DNA of 64,000 nucleotides from Octopus bimaculoides. Taxonomy: Eukaryota. Both the position numbers and the translations under genes were made by a program. The notes beneath the pieces are model-generated. The model worked only from the letters and a program-made list of their open reading frames with translations, made no database searches and had not been told where the DNA came from. The stretch's first letter is position 1. Each line of letters starts with the position of its first letter. The stretch is from NCBI RefSeq assembly GCF_001194135.2, contig NC_068982.1, positions 50,021,839-50,085,838 on the forward strand, given 5' to 3'. Shown here one piece after another: positions 37,252-50,069 of the stretch.

Positions 37252-37646
37252 GGTAATTTTTCAGATTAATACCCGCACGATTACCTAACCCTAACACCCT
37301 AAACCTAACCCTGACCCTAAAACCGTAACCCTAATACTAATCCTAACCCGGTACTACTAAAGCAGAGTGGTCCCGAACGCGCAGTCGCGCGTCCGCGCTA
37401 GCTAGTCGTGAGTGGTCGATCCTATCCCTATCACTAACCCTAACCCTAAACACATGTATTCATTTGCGCGCGCGCGCACTTTTTGTAGGATCGACCACAC
37501 ACGACTAGCTAGCGCGGGTGAGCGTTCGGGACCACTCTGCTTTAGTAGTACCTCCTAACCCTAACCCCTTACCTTAACCCTGACCCTAAAACCCTAACCC
37601 TAATACCCTAGTGAAAATCATGCGGGTGTTAATCTGTAAAATTACC
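37252..37646. mobile_element. Merlin-like non-autonomous DNA element (outer) with telomere-type repeats
   Basis: 31-bp TIRs (37252-37282 / 37616-37646, 28/31 identical) starting GGTAA, 8-bp flanking repeat GAATTAAG/GAATTACG, internal (TAACCC)-like tracts. Confidence 0.7.
37350..37552. mobile_element. Merlin- or MuDR-like MITE (inner), nested in the telomere-type tract
   Basis: Perfect 31-bp TIRs GGTACTACTAAAGCAGAGTGGTCCCGAACGC, a second arm pair of 31/32 bp (37393-37424 / 37486-37517), and a perfect 9-bp TSD TCCTAACCC (37341-37349 / 37553-37561). Confidence 0.8.
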
Positions 37647-38406
37647 GAATTACGTACTCCAAACTATCGTCGGAAGGACGTAGAAGATCATGTGTCAGCG
37701 TGCGGTAGAAATAAAACAAGATTTAATCGTGCGTTGCCATAATGTTATGAAATTGTAGAAAATTTTTTTAAAAACTGTAATTCATGATAGCCGAAACTGT
37801 TGGAATGCATTTTCTTTAAATTCTCTACTGGTCTGTACTATGGAAATCTGTGTAACTGGGACAAGCTATAATGATCATTATAAATAGTTCATACTATATG
37901 AGGCTTTGATTTTAGCATCAAGAAATACTGAAAAGTTTCATGTCACAGATAAACTTAAAGGAGAGACTATCACCAAGAGAAAGATAAGCACCACTTTCTA
38001 CTAGTTAATGAACGGTAATTATATATATAGTGTAAACAGAGCGGTTATAATAACCGACTAAGGGATAAAATATCCGTATGTATCTGTTACCTGTGTTATC
38101 CCCGGGCATTGGTGTGCAGGTAGCTAAAGGATAAACAAGAGTTTATCAGAAAACAAATACAAATAATCAGAAAATGGAGAAAACCTCAGATTAACAAACA
38201 CATCGATTGGACCACATTTATAGCTTATTTTTTTATACAAAGCATGACATAACAAATAGGTGATGTAACAAATCTTACTGCCGTTACCACATCCATTGCT
38301 AAAACGCTGTCTGTAAGTAATTGCGAAAATAAGATTCCTCATCTTCATAGGACATTCGAATATCTTATGAAGATAAATTTTATTTTCGCAATTACTTATA
38401 GACAGC

Positions 38407-39630
38407 GTTTTGGTAGCCGACAAAACACAAACCCCTTCAGGTAGATGGCCCTGCTAGATCTGTAGAAAAGGCATAGGTAGAAACTCTATAAGATGTACCC
38501 AGTGTAAGCTATGGACACATAAGANNNNNNNNNNGTAGAAACTCTATAAGATGTACCCAGTGTAAGCTATGGACACATAAGAGGTGCAGCAACATCAAAG
38601 GAAGATTAACTGGGAAGATAGCTTTCGTGTGCAGCAGATGCTCAGCGACAATAAACACCAACAATGCACAGTAAACAGATTCCATGAAATGCCTGGAGGA
38701 AAATCTAGAAGTAGTTGATAGCTTCCGCTACCTAGGCGACCAAGTCTGTAGTGGGGGTGGATGCTCTGAGAGCATAGCTGCTAGAATAAGAATAGCCTGG
38801 GCAAAGTTCAGAGAGCTCTTACCTCTGCTGGCAACTAAGGGCCTCTCGCTCAGGGGAAAAGGTAGACTGTATGATACATGTGTACGAACTGCCATGCTAC
38901 TTGACAGTGAAACATGGGCCATGACTGCTGAGGATATGCTTACTATTGAAAGAAATTAAGCTAGTATGATCCACTGGATGTCTAATGTCAGACAGAGTGT
39001 AAGCACCCTGAGAGAAAAGTTAGACATAAGAAGCATCAAATGTGGTGTGCAAGAGAGACGACTGTACTGGCATGGTCATGTGTTATGTGTGGATGAGGAT
39101 AGTTGTGTGAGGAAGTGCCACACCCCAACAGTGGAAGAGGTAGATCCAGGAAGACATGGGATGAGGTGGTGAAGCATGACCTTCGAGCATTGGACCTTAC
39201 AGAGGCAATGACAAGAGACCGAGACCTTTGGATATATACTGTGATTGAGAAGATCCAGCATGGCCGATGCCAGTGTTGCATGACCAGCCCATTCAAAGGT
39301 ACACTAGAAGCATCAGGCGATATGATATGCTTGAGAAGACCCGTTGAGTCAAGTAAAATCGAAATCGTAACCATGGCCAGTGTCACCTGACTGGCTTCCA
39401 TGCCGGTGGCACAAAAAATGCACCATCTGAATGTGGTCAATGCTAGTGCCCCCTGATTAGCACCCACTACACTCTCGGAGTGATTGGCGTTAGGAACGGC
39501 ATCCAGTTGTAGAAATATTGGCAGATCAGATTGGAGCTTGGTGCAACCCACTGGCTTGCCAGGCCTCAATCAAACCATCCAACCCATGCCAGCATTGAAA
39601 GCAGATGTTAAACGATGAGGAGGAGGAGGA
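38407..39630 (+). mobile_element. 5'-truncated RTE-clade LINE (RT C-terminus plus 3' UTR and tail)
   Basis: WPC*ICRKGIGRNSIRCTQCKLWTHKRCS...VCSRC, then VVDSFRYLGD...KGRLYDTCVRTAML..SETW and GRGRSRKTWDEVVKHDL with stops. The 3' UTR ends in GATGAGGAG repeats. Confidence 0.9.
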
Positions 39631-42129
39631 ATTGAACTCAATACTGCAAGTCAACAAAACACTCATCAAATCAACAGTGCTACTATTCTTCACAACAGTG
39701 AACTATGATATCTGGTACATTCCCAAGGATTAAGTGGAATCAATCAATGAGAGTTAAATAGTTTACTCAAAGCCATAACATAGTACAAGTGAGAGAAGAC
39801 AAACTTCCAAGCCTTTTTGCTGTTGGAATATTACTGTCAACTTGGACATTGAAAAGACAAATTTTAAGTTTTCTTGAAATCCATCATTACCATTACATTT
39901 TGTTGGTAAATCTAAGAAATAAATTCAGGGATTCTGAGACAAAAAGTTTTGATAGTCTTTTTTTTTTTTTTTTTTTGCCTGTTAGAATAGTAGTTACTGT
40001 TCATTTTGTATTGTGGGTTAATATTTTGTTGAGGAAAGTGTGGGCAAAGTTTCAGTTCCAATATGATGCAGTTCTAGACCAGGAGTGTATGGATAAAAGG
40101 GCTGATATTTGCCTACAAAGTGAAGCAATGCAAGTACTGTCATAACTGTATTTAAATAGGAATGATGTTGAAGAAGCACATATAAAAAAAAGAAAAAGAC
40201 TCCTGGTATATTATAAACTTATAATTAGTAAGATATTCACTTGTTGGTGAGTGTTTGAGTGTGATTTGTTCATGATTCTGAATACTTTAGGGAGGGAATA
40301 ATGTTAAGCTTTTTACTGTAATCTACTACTGCGATTTATTTTTGTCTGTTTGATTTTAGCTACACATTTCATTAATGGTTAATATTTTGATGCTTCAGGT
40401 TTTTATTAGAGTTTGTTTGTGTACTTTCTATTGTGTTGGCACACCATTCTGGAGCTAGAAAGAACATTGATAATCTCTTCAACCATATACTTTTCCTTTT
40501 TCTATTGAAACTCAACTATTTTAAATAACACATTCTCCTTGTATATTGTAAAACTGGTTCATTTCAATACTGAAGAAGCATCAGTAGACTTTGACTCTAA
40601 AAGGTTAATGCAGCTGTTTTACATCTTGTGTTCGTGGAATTACTTTTCATGCAGTAATTGTTGTTTCTGCTGCTCACCTTTCTGTTATGAAGTTCGTGTG
40701 AAATTTGTCTTTTGTCAGAAGAAAGAAGAGTTATGTGCCTTGCACGGAACACAACACATTATAAGATTAATATATAGTTCATCTACTTTTAACTTTACAG
40801 CTGTTGTTCACAATTTTCATAAATGATTCTTGATATTTCTTTGCTCTGCTCCATGTGTATATATCTATAAAATATTTACATTTTTCTAATCTTTCCTGAT
40901 TTGTCTACATGAAATGTGTCGGATGTCACAAACCAAATTTATGGAAGTAGAAAGAGATGGATAATAAAGCTTTAAAATCAAGTATGGTGTCTACTGTAGA
41001 ATGTTATAGATTCAGCAATTGAAAATTGAAATTATAGCATTTGTAAAATTTTTCTTTCAATTTGTGAACTGTTTTTGTTATTGTTAAATAAATCTTTAGT
41101 ATCACTTATTTTTGTCAAATATAATGAACTTTCACTTAAAATCCCCATCAACAACAACAGTATAAACAGCTTACCATTTTTTGTGCATGGCTTTGCCAAG
41201 TTTGCATTTCCAGCCTTACAACCATCCTTCCTCTTCTTCCCCTCCATTTACTTTCTACCACCCAGCTTAACACCATTTACTTCACTTAAATCATCAATCA
41301 GTTGTAACTGACTGAATCAACACAGTTATCTCTCTTGTATCCACTAGTTACTACATTGCTCATTTATTTCCATTTGCTCTTCCAAAGAGTTTCTTCACAT
41401 GGAAAGTAAGGCAAAATATTTTTTTTATGTATCAGTTCTTTAGAGAAGCAAAATGTGTTCAATAGCTTGAATAGTCATGTACTGGGCGCAAGCATGGCTC
41501 TGTAGTTAAGAAGTTTACTTTACATCTACATGGTTTTAGATTCAGTCCATGCCTATGAACATACATTCTTTTGTCAATCCTTCAGGTTTGATCAAAGTTT
41601 TACCAGTGAAATTTGGTTGTCATAAACTGTGATGGACGAAGCCCATCAAGAAAGTTGTTCTTGTTCTTGGTTGCAGTTTTAAACTGAGATTTTTTAGCTT
41701 AGTCTACTATGTTGCAAACGTTTAGCTTAGAGTCCTAGTCGGAGAATAACTTCTTTTCTTCCCACCGGTTTTGGAAGACCTGGAAAGGCCCATGGTGCTG
41801 CACTTTCTTCCTCTTACAAAGCAAAATAATCATAATAACTGCCTGAAGTCATTCCTAATGCTTATTTTGAAATTTGGTGCTTGTTCTGTTTGGTCTCCAT
41901 TTGCTCAACTGCTAAATTATCAAAGATGTAAACAAAACAACACCAGTTATGAAATGGTGAAACCCACACGTTTGTGTTTGCATGTGTGTGTCATCGTCAT
42001 CATTTATCGTCCATTGCCCATGCTTGCATGGGGTGGACAGTTTGAGCAGGGCTGGCAAGCTGGAAGGCTGCACCAGACTCCAATCTGATTTGGCAAGGTG
42101 TCTATGGTTGTGTGCCCTTCCTAAGGCTA

Positions 42130-42184
<55 letters not shown>

Positions 42185-42672
42185 TACATATATCTGAGTA
42201 CTTCACAGACATGTGTACCCTTAACATAATTCTCAGGGAGATTCAACATGGTTCTGTATGTGACAAAGTTGGCACATTGAAATACAAGTACTGCTCATTT
42301 TTGCCAGCTGAGCAGAGTCTGTGGAGTTCTCAGCCACTTGCACAATTATTTCACAAGCAGGCTATTCCATTGATTGGATCATTTGGAACCCTCATCATCA
42401 TAACTTATGGAGTGTCAGTAAGTAATATAAATATATATATATACATACAAGGAAAATAAGACATTACATTCACAAGGCATTGGTTGGCCCAGGTGCCATG
42501 CAGTGGGACTGAACTGAAAACCATGTGGTTGCAAAGTGAACTTCTTAATCACAGTCACACTTGCACTTGTAGAAATTTGAGCAAGACATGCCCACAGTAG
42601 TTAACTCTTTGGCACTCTGAATACTTTGTCAAATGTAATGCTTATTCATTCACATTGATTTGAATTGATCAT

Positions 42673-42831
42673 GCAGAAGTGGCTGTGTGGTAAGTAGCTT
42701 GCTTACCAACCACATGGTTCCGGTTTCAGTCCCACTGCGTGGCACCTTGGGCAAGTGTTTTCTACAATAACCTTGCGCTGACCAAAGCCTTATGAGTAGG
42801 TTTGGTAGACGGAAACTGAAAGAAGCCCATC

Positions 42832-42873
<42 letters not shown>

Positions 42874-43073
42874 CCGTGTTTGCCCTCCTACCATTGCTTG
42901 ACAACCGTTGTTGATGTGTTTACATCCCCATAACTTAGTAGTTCGGCAAAGAAGACCAATAGAATAAGTACTAGGCTTACAAAGAATAAGTCCTGGGGTC
43001 GATTTGTTAGGCTAAAGGTAATGTTCCAGCAGGCCACAGTCAAGTGACTGAAACAAATTAAGGAATAAAAGAA
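42673..43073 (+). mobile_element. SINE family A, full-length, inserted in a piggyBac-like MITE
   Basis: Complete head, microsatellite and tail. The host MITE sequence (GAATTGATCAT...CTTGTAGCTTCAAGATTT) resumes after it. Confidence 0.85.
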
Positions 43074-43250
43074 ACTTGTAGCTTCAAGATTTCTTAGATG
43101 TGATTGTTTAATTTTAGAATGACATTGTAAGATAGGTGTGAGAGGTTAGGTCTACCTGGTTCAAACATAAAACATGTAGAATATTTTGGTTTGATATGAC
43201 CTCAACTTCAGTCAATTATCCAACTTTATGTCAGTCTCAGCGATTGTAAT

Positions 43251-43705
43251 TAACCCTTTAGCATTCCAGATTACTTTGTCAAATATGAGGCTTATTTATG
43301 CATGGGATTTGGTTGACTAATCCCATTAGCATTCAGATTGCTCTGTCAAATGTAATGCTTATTTATGCACATAGTTTTGAATTAATCATGTTTTATCTCG
43401 TAGCTTTGAGATCTCAATTATGTGATTGTTTATTGTCAAAATGACATTGTAGAATAGGTGTGAGAAGCTGGATTTGGTTGGTTAAACCCTTTAGCATTCA
43501 GATTACTCTGTCAAATGTAATGCTTATTTATGCACATTGTCTTGAATTAATCATGCATTTTATCTTGTAGCCTTGATATTTCAGTGATGTGATTATTTAT
43601 CTTTAAAATGATATTATAGGATAGATGTGAGAAACTGGATAAAGCATTCTGAAAATAAAATAGAATATTTGGGCTGAATATGGCCAGTTTAAATGCTAAG
43701 TACTA
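43251..43705 (+). repeat. Head-to-tail array of piggyBac-like MITE copies
   Basis: Three starts CCC(T/A)TTAGCATT(C)CAGATT.CT.TGTCAAAT at about 43255, 43322 and 43487. Only the last copy reaches the AAATGCTAAG end. Confidence 0.65.
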
Positions 43706-43822
43706 ATGATGCCATACAAGTGTCTGATTTGTTTGATTTAAATTATTTATTTGAAGATGACTCAACTAATGAAGTGTATAAATATGTAATGTTAATATAT
43801 AAACATGTAATCTTTTCCCCAG

Positions 43823-43987
43823 TGCTGAACAGTTGGTGCATCAATTCAAAACAGCTGACAAGACTATTCCAGTGAAAGGTGGCACCAAAGATTTCCAACC
43901 AGATGGATCATGGCTTCAAGGAAAGAAACTTGACATGCTATATTCCACCAGAGAAACATTATTTGCTGAACAGAGGATAGATAGATT
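43823..43987 (+). CDS. TSEN54: Sen54 coding exon 2 (AEQLVHQFKTADKTIPVKGGTKDFQPDGSWLQGKKLDMLYSTRETLFAEQRIDRL)
   Basis: Acceptor TCTTTTCCCCAG, donor ATT|GTAAGT, 165 nt, open frame. The translation parallels human TSEN54 GPKDFLPDGS...LAEQRVERL as recalled. Confidence 0.9.
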
Positions 43988-45688
43988 GTAAGTCATTTTC
44001 GTTTCTGCTTTGCTACAATTGAATAAGTTTTTAGCGTAGTAAACTTTAAGATTCCAGAGATCAGGATCAGAAATGAAACAACAATTCCTATTTGCAAAAT
44101 AAAGATAAATATTGTCTGCTCAGTCGTAGTTGGTCAACACTGTAGGACGAACAAGGCTCTTGTTTACAAAGATCCTACAACTGGTGCCAAGCTGTATTGG
44201 CCTTTACCTTTCCCTTGGATAAGATTGATGGCATGGAGAGGGGAGGCTGGTATGCATGGGTGATGGCTGGTCTTCCATAAACAATCTTGTCCGGATTTGT
44301 TCCTAAGAGGGGAACTTTCTAGGTGCAATCCTATGGTCCTTCATGATCAAAAGGGTTCTTTACCCTTTTGCCTTCATTGAAAAACAGAAAAAGATGTTTT
44401 GCAGTAGAGAAGAAACATGACTACTTCAGGCAAAGAGGGAGAAAGGAGAGAAGATGGTGAAGATGAGACAGTGGTAGGTGGGAGGTTACATCCAAGACTC
44501 AAGGAAATGTATATAGTGAAATGGACCTGGGATTGGAGAGAGTTGGTGGGTGGATGGGTGGGTAAGTTTGAGAGATTGTGGAGAGAGAGAGAGAGATATG
44601 AAGGGTGGAAGGAATGCAGTGAGTGGGCATAGATAGAAGGAGGTAGGTATTTGGTGGATATGTTGTGAGGAAGAGATTCAACCAGGACAAAATGTATGCA
44701 AGGAGGTCCATGACGGAGATTGAGAGAAAGAGGGGAAGAGAATAGAATGGGTGGTAAATCCGATTGGGGGTAGAAGGAAGGTGTTGGAAGATTGGTAATG
44801 GGTTGTGTGGGGAGAGGTTTGTCAGGGAACAGATTGTGTGTGTGTGTGTTGGATTGTGGGCCATAGTCATAAAAAACAAGCCTTTATGGCCTCCCTTTTT
44901 ACTTATTGGTCTTGTGAACACAGCAAATTGACGATTGTTTCTATCCTTTGTCATGTGTGCGTGTGTGTGTGCATGCATGCGTTTGTGTGTGCATGTGCTT
45001 GTGTGTTTGTGTACCCTTGCCTTGACATCATGTAATGGCTATGAATGAGCATCACCATCATACAAACAATGTTGTTTGTTTCCAATCCATGAAAAACATG
45101 TCTGAGAAAATATCACATTTCTTGGAAGCAGGTGAGGGTCAGTGACAGGAAGGGCATCCAGCTGTAGAAATCTGCCTCAACAAATTCCATCTAACCCATG
45201 CAAGCATGGAAAAGTGAACAGACGATGCCGCCTATGCAACCAGTAATATACAGGAAATTAATTCAGTTGACTGTTCTTGAAAATTCTGGCTTTATGGCTA
45301 TGGTTAGAAACTTTAATACAGAAACCATCTTCATTGGTTTCTGTATTAAATCCTTTAACCATCTTGCATGAATGTGCAAATTTCTATCTGGTCACTCACC
45401 ATAGCTAGAAATGGCAACCATCTCTTCCTTAAACAACTCTGAAACTTATTTAAAAAAGAAAGGGAACATCTGGTAATGTAGTCAGGTAAAAACTGTGAAT
45501 GGAAAAAGGACAAGATAATAATTGTGAAATGCCTTTGACCAAAGATCTGCTCAATTAGGCTTCTTTCAGTCTACATATTCTAGTATTACATTATATTTAT
45601 TTTGAAAGCATGTACTGTTGTTGTTGTTTTTTTTTCTCCTTTTGTATTGATATTAATAAAACTCCATTAATTTTTTTTCTCATTATAG

Positions 45689-45752
45689 GGGAAGTATTTT
45701 AATTGGAGAATTGAACAGAGAAAAGAATTTGGTGGAATATAAAAGTGATACT
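45689..45752 (+). CDS. TSEN54: Sen54 coding exon 3 (GSILIGELNREKNLVEYKSDT)
   Basis: Acceptor TTTTTTTCTCATTATAG, donor ACT|GTAAGT, 64 nt, in frame with exons 2 and 4. Parallels human [21 protein letters not shown]. Confidence 0.88.
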
Positions 45753-47162
45753 GTAAGTATTACATTATTATTTATGCACTGTGCCATCAATCTTTCCATC
45801 CAACATCCCACTCTCCCAAATTTAGATACCACTTTTTATTTTTCTTAGTTGGTGTCATTTGCTTCAATTATTGTTCTGGTATGCCAAAAGTACTGAAGCT
45901 AGGAAAGTTGAAATTCTGGCCTTATTTAACTCCGGTTTTAATTCAAGGCTGGCTTTAGTATTATTGATTCAACACTCATATCATTTTCATATTTGTGATC
46001 AAATGTTGATTTCAAATTTTGGCACAAGGCCATCAATTTCAGGGGTAATGATTCTCATCATCGTTGTTTAACATCTTTCTTCCATGCTGGCATGGGTTGG
46101 ACAGTTTGACAGGAGCTGGCCAGGCAGAAGATTGCACCATACTTCTGTGTCTGGCATGGCTTTTATGGCTGGATGCCCTTCATAACACCAACCACCCTGC
46201 AGAGTGGGCTGAGTGCTTTTTATATGGCACCAGCACAGGCGAGGTCCATTTTGGCGTGGTTTTTACAGTTGGATGCCCTTCCAAATGCCAATCACTTGAC
46301 AGTGTGGACTGGATGTTTTTAAGTGGTCCCTTCACTGATCATCTGATACTTATTTTATTGACTCCGAAAGGATAAAAGGGAAAGTCAGTCTTGGCAGAAC
46401 TTGAACATGGAACTTAAAGACGGATTTAATACTACTAAGCATTTTGTTTGGCATGTTAACTATTCTGCCAGCTTGCTGCCTTGCTATTTGTGATTAAATA
46501 TTATTGTCGATTATTATTAAATGAAAAGTAAATTGAATTCCTTCAATGATGTTTTCTATACGTGCAACCATATCCATTCTTTTGCTCATCTACTTTGAGA
46601 GTTTGCCTTGGCCCCCATCACTACCATCTGTATCTTTGTCTTCCCAATTATTACTATTCAGCCTTATAATGTAAGGTAGCCATATATCTCCTCTTTTTAT
46701 AATATGGGATAGCATTGTATCTCCTGTACATCAAGATGCTTTTTCTTGTACTTCTATCATAGTTTAGCCTTTCATCATCTGGCATAAAGCTACCTCTCCT
46801 TTCTTAATACTAGCCCCCTTTTAGTCATGTGAGCATTTCTCTTTCCTGTTCTTTTCTGTTTTGCAATTTACTTTTGTGACCTCTCTACTGCAGAATGCAT
46901 GAAAGAAAAATCACTTAGTATACACTGTAAAGTGGTTGGTTTTAAGAAGGGCATCCAATCAAAGAAACCATGCCAAAGCTGACACTGGAACTCAGCACAG
47001 CCCTGCAGCTTGCCAGATCCTGTCAAACCTTCCAACCCCTGCCTGCACGGAAAATGAATGCTAAATGATGATCATGATGATGATTTAAATTAAATTTATG
47101 TGGAAATTAGCTATTTATGAGGTTAATATTCAAGTTTTGCTGGGTTTTTCTTGTGATTTCAG

Positions 47163-47246
47163 AGAAAATTCTGGTTTACAATGGGATTTGTTGATGAAAA
47201 GAGAAGATGGCTATACCCTGAAGAAGCTCTTTTTCTAATGGAAGCA
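47163..47246 (+). CDS. TSEN54: Sen54 coding exon 4 (RKFWFTMGFVDEKRRWLYPEEALFLMEA), core of the Sen54 N-terminal domain
   Basis: Acceptor TTTTTCTTGTGATTTCAG, donor GCA|GTAAGT, 84 nt. Carries the diagnostic KFW.TMG....L.PEEAL.L.E motif of Sen54 proteins. Confidence 0.95.
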
Positions 47247-47304
47247 GTAAGTACATTTAAATACATCTGTAATAGAATTTATTTATTGCAGAATATTAGA
47301 GTTT

Positions 47305-47520
47305 AAGTCAATCTTACTTCTGACTTGCCTAAACCGTTTACTTCCTAAGAAGCATAAGCCATTGACAACTTTTCTCCAATCTTCTCCACTTCTCTCCAGT
47401 TGGGGCTCCACTTTCTTGCAGTTTCTTTTCAGATTTTGCTTCACCGTGTCATACATTTCCCTGAGGGAAGGTCTTCCTCTCCCAGGTCTTATTGCTTTTG
47501 AATAGGTCATCATTATCAAC
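47305..47520 (-). mobile_element. RTE-like LINE 3' fragment
   Basis: Track ORF 47283..47564 contains PGRGRP...W/Y..TVK.NL...EDWRKVVNGLC..GSKR, a typical RTE ORF terminus. Confidence 0.65.
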
Positions 47521-49319
47521 GCTTCTGTGACTTTGCTTTTTATTAGGTAGGGGTGTTGGCTCACATAAAATGATACACTCGCGCCAGTGCCATGTCATAC
47601 ACACCCATACTAGTAGCTCATTAAAAGCACCCAGATTACTCTGTGAAATGGTTGGCATTGAGAAGGGCATCCAGCTATAGAAACCATGCTAAAACAAGCA
47701 ATTGGAGCTTGGCCAGCTACCAAACTGTCCAACATAGAAAACGGACATCAAACGTTGATGATGATGAAGAGGTGGTCTTTATTAGTCTGGCCTCTATCCT
47801 TTGACCTGTCTAACCCTACCAAAAGCTTGCACTCAGTCCACTAGCATAGCTTTCAGGATCATCACAGCACATGAGCCACCATACTGCAACAAGAACAAAA
47901 CCTTGTGGTGGAGCCTGGACAGATTTCCTACTGACCTGCTGCTGTAAAACCGTCCAACCCATGCCAGCCTGAAAAATGGACGTTAAATGACGATGGTGAA
48001 GAGGTGGTCTTTATTAGTGTCGTTTCTATCCTTTGACTTGTCCAGCATGGGAGGCCTTACAAGATGCTCGCATAGCTTTCAGGATCATTGCAGCACATGA
48101 GCCACCCTACTGCTACAAGAACAAAACCTTGTGGTGATAAGTTAACCTTACAAAGTATAGATTAATTTTTAAAAAAAAAAGGTATTTGTCCTTTATTATT
48201 GGCATACTCTCACTAGTGGCATAGATTTTCATCAACTCCTAGAAAGGAGACAGAAGCATTACTCATGGAAATATTACATCAAAAATTATTTCTAACAGCT
48301 TTATTAATGATATCTTATTCGATGTTTAATCACTTAAACATCATATTACTCTTCTCATCTAATCAACTGTGAAATTTAAAATGTAGTTTTTTTGTTTAAA
48401 AAAAAAAAGAAAAGAAACTGCATATCTTGTACAGTACATTTTATACATTACTTCACGTGGAAAAATGTAGTCCTAAGAAAACTTAGATGCATTCATTTGA
48501 AAAATATTAATCCATAATTTTTTCTTTCTCACTGGTACTTGCAGGAACAGCGAAGACAACCGAATTATTTCCAAAATTTTCTTATTTTGCCCAATTTACT
48601 CGTATTTCTGCCCTTGAAATGCAAGGGAAGCAACTCGTTTTTCTTAGATTGCTTCCCTTGTATTTGTTGTGTCGCTGCATTCGGCTTTCATTAAAACGGC
48701 TTAGATCAACATAATCTTTTATCGCAAGCATAGTTATCTATAACTACATAATCTATTATGAGCTCTGATTTAATGGAAATTTGACTGCTATTTCTAGCAG
48801 GACCAATGACCACGAAGATGCTCTCTTATTGGCTTTTCTGTTTGTATCATGAAAACGTAATGTGAAGTGATAAGCAAAAATCACATGAGTTGGTATATCG
48901 AGAAAGCTTCTTTGATTAATCAGCTCCTTTGACTTCATTACAAATTAAATGTTTTGTGTAAATTTCTCTTGAGTTGTTAAGAACTTTATTACAAGTTCAT
49001 TATAGCTGGTTTTAAGGAGGTAGTTCTTTGCAAAATACTATCTCATTCATAACCTTGTTCTTTTGGTACACATTTGATATATCATTAAGCAGGATTTTTT
49101 TTTTTTACTGCCAATATCTCTAATGTGAAATGAAAGACTGATCTCTTTTCATTATATAGATGAAGGCAAAAAAAATAAGTCTCTTGCCTTGAGACACAAA
49201 CAGAATTATACCTCTTCAGTTCTTTCTACATTACAAAACCATGATACTTCATACATTAATGGAATAACAGCAACAATCAATTCTTTAATCTCCCACTCTT
49301 CTGCTCAAACAACTTGTGG

Positions 49320-49495
49320 ACAGGCTTACAAAATCAAAAGAACAACATAGCACTCATGACTTTCGCAAACGTTTTTTCGCGCTCAGAATTGCTGAAGTAT
49401 GGAATAAACTACTTGCATTAGTTGTTAGCTATTGAAGCAATAGAACCTTCAAAACTTCCATGCTTCCTGAAATTCACCAACAATCACCTGATGTC
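49320..49495 (+). mobile_element. CR1/Jockey-group LINE 3' fragment
   Basis: Translation QHSTHDFRKRFFALRIAEVWNKL..LVVS resembles the CR1 C-terminal R..FF..R....WN.LP..VV motif. Confidence 0.6.
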
Positions 49496-50069
49496 CCCAA
49501 CACACATTTTTTTTTTTTACAACTTATTTACTGTTCACTTTCTGTACATATTCTGTTTACTGTTTATACAGTTTTGATTACTTTTTCTGATGAATTGTAT
49601 TGCACCTAAGCACTGTATACAATTAGTTTGTAATTGTATCTATATAATTTAGTACTTGTAATTTCTCATCCAATGAAGAACATTATCAAGACATTGGACT
49701 TCATGGCAAATTAACTTATTCTCTTTTGTAAATTTTTCTTGTTTGCTCTTTGTAGACACAGACTATCACAGCTTTTCTTAGATGTTACTGTTTCACAATA
49801 GTATTTTAATCTTTAACCATTTAGTCGTTAGTCTCCCATGTATTCTTTCAAAAATACCTCAGTCTATCTACTGAATATTGTTTTTCATCTTCAATGCCCT
49901 CTCCAAGTCTTAATTATTAAAGTGCTGCTAATCTTATGCTTTCGAAAGTAATCCTATGTTGAATCTTATTATGATTACTAATTGTTTAAATATACTTTTA
50001 AATGGCCATTTACATACCTGACTTGATATAAATACATCATGATTTACAGTACAGCAGTATTCATCCATA

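Larger units (their letters stand above)
33400..38400. promoter_or_regulatory. CpG-retaining (probably unmethylated) promoter domain around the TSEN54 start
   Basis: By eye CG dinucleotides are common here and scarce in most of the rest of the window, and the TSEN54 ATG lies inside. No observed/expected ratio was computed; methylation state is inferred. Confidence 0.5.

Noticed and set aside
38474-38583. Direct repeat GTAGAAACTCTATAAGATGTACCCAGTGTAAGCTATGGACACATAAGA on both sides of a short N run
   Set aside because: An identical overlap flanking a small gap is typical of unmerged contig ends.
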